DNA of 10,791 bases from Abditibacteriaceae bacterium (lineage in GTDB: Bacteria; Armatimonadota; Abditibacteriia; Abditibacteriales; Abditibacteriaceae): assembly GCA_031372065.1 (NCBI GenBank), contig JANMKN010000383.1, positions 1 to 10,791 on the forward strand, given 5' to 3'. This document shows positions 7,619 through 10,791 of the stretch, one piece after another (positions within the stretch are counted from its first letter, which is position 1; each line of letters begins with the position of its first letter). The notes below the pieces were generated by a model, which saw only the letters and a program-made list of their open reading frames with translations, was not told the origin of the DNA and searched no databases. Position numbers and translations under genes: made by a program.

Positions 7619-8113
7619 ATGAAACGAAAGCGGATTTTGCTGGGGTGTTTGCTGCTTCTGGTGGCAACGGGCGCCTTCGCGTGGAAACGAGGAGAGACAA
7701 AACGCTTTCTGAAAAATAGCGACGCGTTCGTGCTTTATTCACTTGAACCAGACTTTGAAAGCGCCATAAGAAAAAATCCCATTTGGTTTCATAACGCCGC
7801 AGTTTTGGGGCAAGTCACTATAAGCGATCCGCATGAAAAAACGGAACTAACCAATGCTCTTTTCGGCAGTTTTGAAAACATTTTCAGCAACGGTGGACGC
7901 CATATTTCAGTGTCTTGTCATATGCCACGCCACGGCATTCATGCTGTTAGCGGCGAACGAAAAATGGATTTAACAATTTGCTTTGAGTGCCACAATGTTG
8001 AGTTTTTCGTTGACGGAGAGAGTTTTATTCAATCCTTGGTTATTAATCCTGATGATGTTAAAAACCTCTATAACCAAACGCTGCACAAACACCATTTGCC
8101 GTTGGCAAAATAA
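7619..8113 (+). CDS. Hypothetical secreted or membrane-anchored protein with CxxPRHG and ICFEC(H) motifs
   Basis: 164 aa; basic n-region, hydrophobic h-region and A-F-A possible signal peptidase I site; Cys/His motifs in the C-terminal half. Confidence 0.8.
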   Translation: MKRKRILLGCLLLLVATGAFAWKRGETKRFLKNSDAFVLYSLEPDFESAIRKNPIWFHNAAVLGQVTISDPHEKTELTNALFGSFENIFSNGGRHISVSCHMPRHGIHAVSGERKMDLTICFECHNVEFFVDGESFIQSLVINPDDVKNLYNQTLHKHHLPLAK

Positions 8114-8116
8114 TAA

Positions 8117-10186
8117 TCAATGCGCTTCCAAAGCTGCCGCTAACACACCGTAGGCAATGCACATCACCGCGAGCCAGCCGACACAGATTTGTAAAACGCG
8201 TTCGCCGCGCAAATCGCGCCAGCGACGAAACGTGCCGTAACACAAACCGATAATCGCGCCCGCGAAAAGCCAGCCGCCCGCCGCGAAATCTTTCACTAAA
8301 AGCGAAAACATCGGGCGCAAAAGTTCATCGCCGTTCACCAGTAGCACATTGCCCCAAATCATCGCCGCGAAGCCGCTTAATAACGATAAAAAGCCACCCG
8401 TAAACACCTTGCGGCAACTGCCACGACGCTGCGCTTCAGCGCCAGTAATCGCCAACAGAATCAGCCACAAGGAAAAGCCAAACGCGGGCGCCGAAGGATA
8501 CCATGTCAGGCCGGTTTTCCCCGTTAGCCATTCCCAACCGCCCTGCCCGCCGTGCACTGTCATCGGCCACGAACGCAAAAACTGTCCGGCGCCCATGCCC
8601 GCCACGCCCCACAATAAAACCGTGCCGAGCGGCGCCAGCGAACGCTTGACGCGCACCCGACACGAAAACGGCAAGCGCAGTTCGCCCGCCGAAGTGTCGA
8701 GAACCAATTCGCCTTCTTGCACGCCGCGCAAATGCAAATCATGGCGCGCATGAAAAGCGATTTGCAATTGCTCTTTGTTGCCGTCGAATTCGTTGGGAAA
8801 TTCCAGCGCCAAGTGCCCGGCGCGCAAGACGCCGAATAAATGGCCGCGCCCCGGATTGGAAACCTGCAAGCGAATCGTGCTGCTTTGCCCCGGCCACAGC
8901 GCGCCGAAATCGAGTTCGCGCGGCTCAATACGCATTTGCGGCGCGGGCGCGAAACCTGTGCTTTGCAAAAACGCTTCAAGACCTTGCGCGGGCCGTCCGA
9001 AATACTCCGCTCGCACGCGCCGCGCCTGCGCCGCGTAATCAAGCCAACCGCGCCGTTCCAGCCAATCGGCTAAATGGTTGGAGAACAACATTTCGCGCGC
9101 TTCGACGGGAAATTTATCGGCCAAACACACGAACTCATCCATGTCATTGGCCTGCGCGCCGTTGCGAAAGGCCAAATGCAAAACCGGACGCGGCACCGCA
9201 TTCGTCGGCGCACTTTGCGAAGGCGCAACGCTTTGCGGCGCCGGTTTTTCGGAAGTCAGATTTTCGATTTCCTGCAAAAACGCCGCGCCATCAACAGGAC
9301 GCCGCGCCGCATCGGGATGAATAGCGCGCAAAATCAAAGAATCCAGTTGCGGATTGATATGTTGATTGAAAAACGAGGGCCGATGTCCGCGCAAAGCCGC
9401 TAAATCTTCGGGTTCTGTCGGATCGCGTCCGGTCAAAATCTGCAAAAGCGTCATGCCCAGCGCGTGAATATCGCTGCGTGCATCGGGCGCGCGGCGTTCG
9501 TTCGGATTATCGGGCGCATAACCCATCGTGCCGCCGCCCTGCGTATGCCGTTGCACACGCGTCGAATACGATTCCACCGCGCCGCTTTCGCCCGCGATGC
9601 CAAAATCCAGCAAAATCGCTTCGTCGCTTTGAATGCGAAGGCGCACATTTTCCGGCTTCACATCACGATGCACCCAACCGCGCTGGTGAATCAGTTTTAA
9701 GGCGCCCGCTAATTGCCGCATATAACGCAGAGCGCGTTCAATCGGCAAAGCGCCGCCCGACAGTTTGGTGGCCTCGCCCAAATGCGGGCCATCCACATAT
9801 TCCATCACCAGATAATAGCGCTGCGTGAGTTTTAATAAGGGCGCAAAATGGTCGGGGCAACGGTCTGAATCGAAATGCAAACCGCAAATTGGGCAGATAG
9901 TCCATGTGCCCGAATGCGGCTGAAAGTGCCCCGAAACGATATTCGGATGGCGCAAATGCGAAAGATGCGTCGCTTCCAAGCGAAATTGCGCCAGCGCTTT
10001 TCCGCGTTCATCGCTGCCGGTTTCAGGGTCGTTTAAAACGTGTAATTCCTTGACCGCGACATTCACGCCCAATTCATCATCGCGGCACAAATAAACCGTG
10101 CCAAACGCGCCCGCACCCAGCACACGCTGAACTTCGTAGCGATTTTGAATCAGGTCACCAAGGCGGTGCTGCAAAGCGGCAATCAT
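8117..10186 (-). CDS. Hanks-type Ser/Thr protein kinase with helical domain, Ig-like domain and C-terminal TM helices
   Basis: 689 aa; GAGAFGTVY, VAVKE, HPNIV, HRDVKPEN, DFG, GTMGYAP, SDIHALG; Pro/Ala/Ser linker; PRELDFG...VSNPG Ig-like start; about 5 hydrophobic helices at the C-terminus. Confidence 0.92.
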   Translation of the reverse strand: MIAALQHRLGDLIQNRYEVQRVLGAGAFGTVYLCRDDELGVNVAVKELHVLNDPETGSDERGKALAQFRLEATHLSHLRHPNIVSGHFQPHSGTWTICPICGLHFDSDRCPDHFAPLLKLTQRYYLVMEYVDGPHLGEATKLSGGALPIERALRYMRQLAGALKLIHQRGWVHRDVKPENVRLRIQSDEAILLDFGIAGESGAVESYSTRVQRHTQGGGTMGYAPDNPNERRAPDARSDIHALGMTLLQILTGRDPTEPEDLAALRGHRPSFFNQHINPQLDSLILRAIHPDAARRPVDGAAFLQEIENLTSEKPAPQSVAPSQSAPTNAVPRPVLHLAFRNGAQANDMDEFVCLADKFPVEAREMLFSNHLADWLERRGWLDYAAQARRVRAEYFGRPAQGLEAFLQSTGFAPAPQMRIEPRELDFGALWPGQSSTIRLQVSNPGRGHLFGVLRAGHLALEFPNEFDGNKEQLQIAFHARHDLHLRGVQEGELVLDTSAGELRLPFSCRVRVKRSLAPLGTVLLWGVAGMGAGQFLRSWPMTVHGGQGGWEWLTGKTGLTWYPSAPAFGFSLWLILLAITGAEAQRRGSCRKVFTGGFLSLLSGFAAMIWGNVLLVNGDELLRPMFSLLVKDFAAGGWLFAGAIIGLCYGTFRRWRDLRGERVLQICVGWLAVMCIAYGVLAAALEAH

Positions 10187-10296
10187 GGGAAACAGAGTTT
10201 ATGCGAACTCGAAAAGAATCACGCAAAAGGCAAGCCATCGAATGTGCCTTTTGTCAGACTTTATAGTTGACACTTTAATGGAGCCGACAAACAATC

Positions 10297-10572
10297 ATGG
10301 CACAACATCATATTAAATTTTCCGGCAATGCGGCGGGGAGCAAGTCACCCAATTACTTCTTCAATCCAGATTACAAGCGCCTTAGCGTCAAATTGTGTCT
10401 GATCGGCGCGCTCACTCTCTTCGTGGCAGCCTTACTATTCCCCTTTTTTGGACACGCACGGGGTTGCGGCCGTCCACTTCCCAGCCGTTTTGACGTGATG
10501 GTGATGTCGCTCAAAGCCAAGTGGAATCACACAACGCGGACAGCAAGCACAAATCAAAACGGTAGCTGCTGA
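10297..10572 (+). CDS. Small single-pass membrane protein (hypothetical)
   Basis: 91 aa with one TM segment ending in AALLFPFFGHAR; fills the intergenic gap and is followed directly by a terminator. Confidence 0.55.
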   Translation: MAQHHIKFSGNAAGSKSPNYFFNPDYKRLSVKLCLIGALTLFVAALLFPFFGHARGCGRPLPSRFDVMVMSLKAKWNHTTRTASTNQNGSC

Positions 10573-10578
10573 TAAACC

Positions 10579-10620
10579 AAACCGGCGACTGAATTTTCAT
10601 TCAGCCGCCGGTTTATTTTT
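10579..10620. terminator. Bidirectional intrinsic terminator
   Basis: AAACCGGCGACTGAAT-TTTC-ATTCAGCCGCCGGTTT (16-bp stem, one mismatch) followed by ATTTTT, between convergent genes. Confidence 0.8.
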
Positions 10621-10791
10621 AGCTTTTGCGCACTGCCGAATCGGGGATTTCCAGTTTTTCGCGCCAGCGTTGCGGCAAGCGGGCGCGCACATAAAGACGC
10701 GCTTTATCGCCGCTTTCGTCGCCGCCCCATTCTTGCTGCAAAATGCGGCCATGTTTGGCTAAATCTGACAGCAATTTGCCGGTGTAAGTCG
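10619..10791 (-). CDS. hflX: Partial CDS (3' end), probable C-terminal domain of the GTPase HflX
   Basis: Manual translation TYTGKLLSDLAKHGRILQQEWGGDESGDKARLYVRARLPQRWREKLEIPDSAVRKS*; resembles the HflX C-terminal pattern G.LLS.L...G.VL..EY...VRARLP. The G domain lies outside the window. Confidence 0.55.
   Translation of the reverse strand, partial: TYTGKLLSDLAKHGRILQQEWGGDESGDKARLYVRARLPQRWREKLEIPDSAVRKS

Noticed and set aside
8349..9828. Alternative-frame ORFs within the kinase gene
   Set aside because: Arg/Ala/Pro-rich shadow frames typical of GC-rich coding DNA.

Overview
Bacterial chromosomal window of moderate GC; protein styles hint at Abditibacteriota/Armatimonadota, which is inference only. 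Left to right: a ~80-bp GC-rich Calx-beta-like fragment joined to the truncated N-terminus of a CpsB/YwqE-type PHP phosphatase (probable chimeric junction); a class I SAM-dependent methyltransferase (+); a minus-strand run of ilvD > DUF6932-like nucleotidyltransferase > 67-aa helical protein > small membrane protein > uup-like ABC-F; a divergent intergenic region with a degenerate 21-bp-period array and a long REP-like palindrome; a GT-C glycosyltransferase (+); a secreted Cys-motif protein (+); a membrane-anchored Hanks-type Ser/Thr kinase (-) with a zinc-ribbon-like insertion inside its catalytic domain; a small membrane ORF (+); a bidirectional terminator; and the 3' end of a probable hflX (-). 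The best candidate for an undescribed system is the translationally coupled nucleotidyltransferase + small helical protein pair (putative toxin-antitoxin module, 3239-3879) directly behind ilvD. All family assignments come from motif recognition, not database searches.
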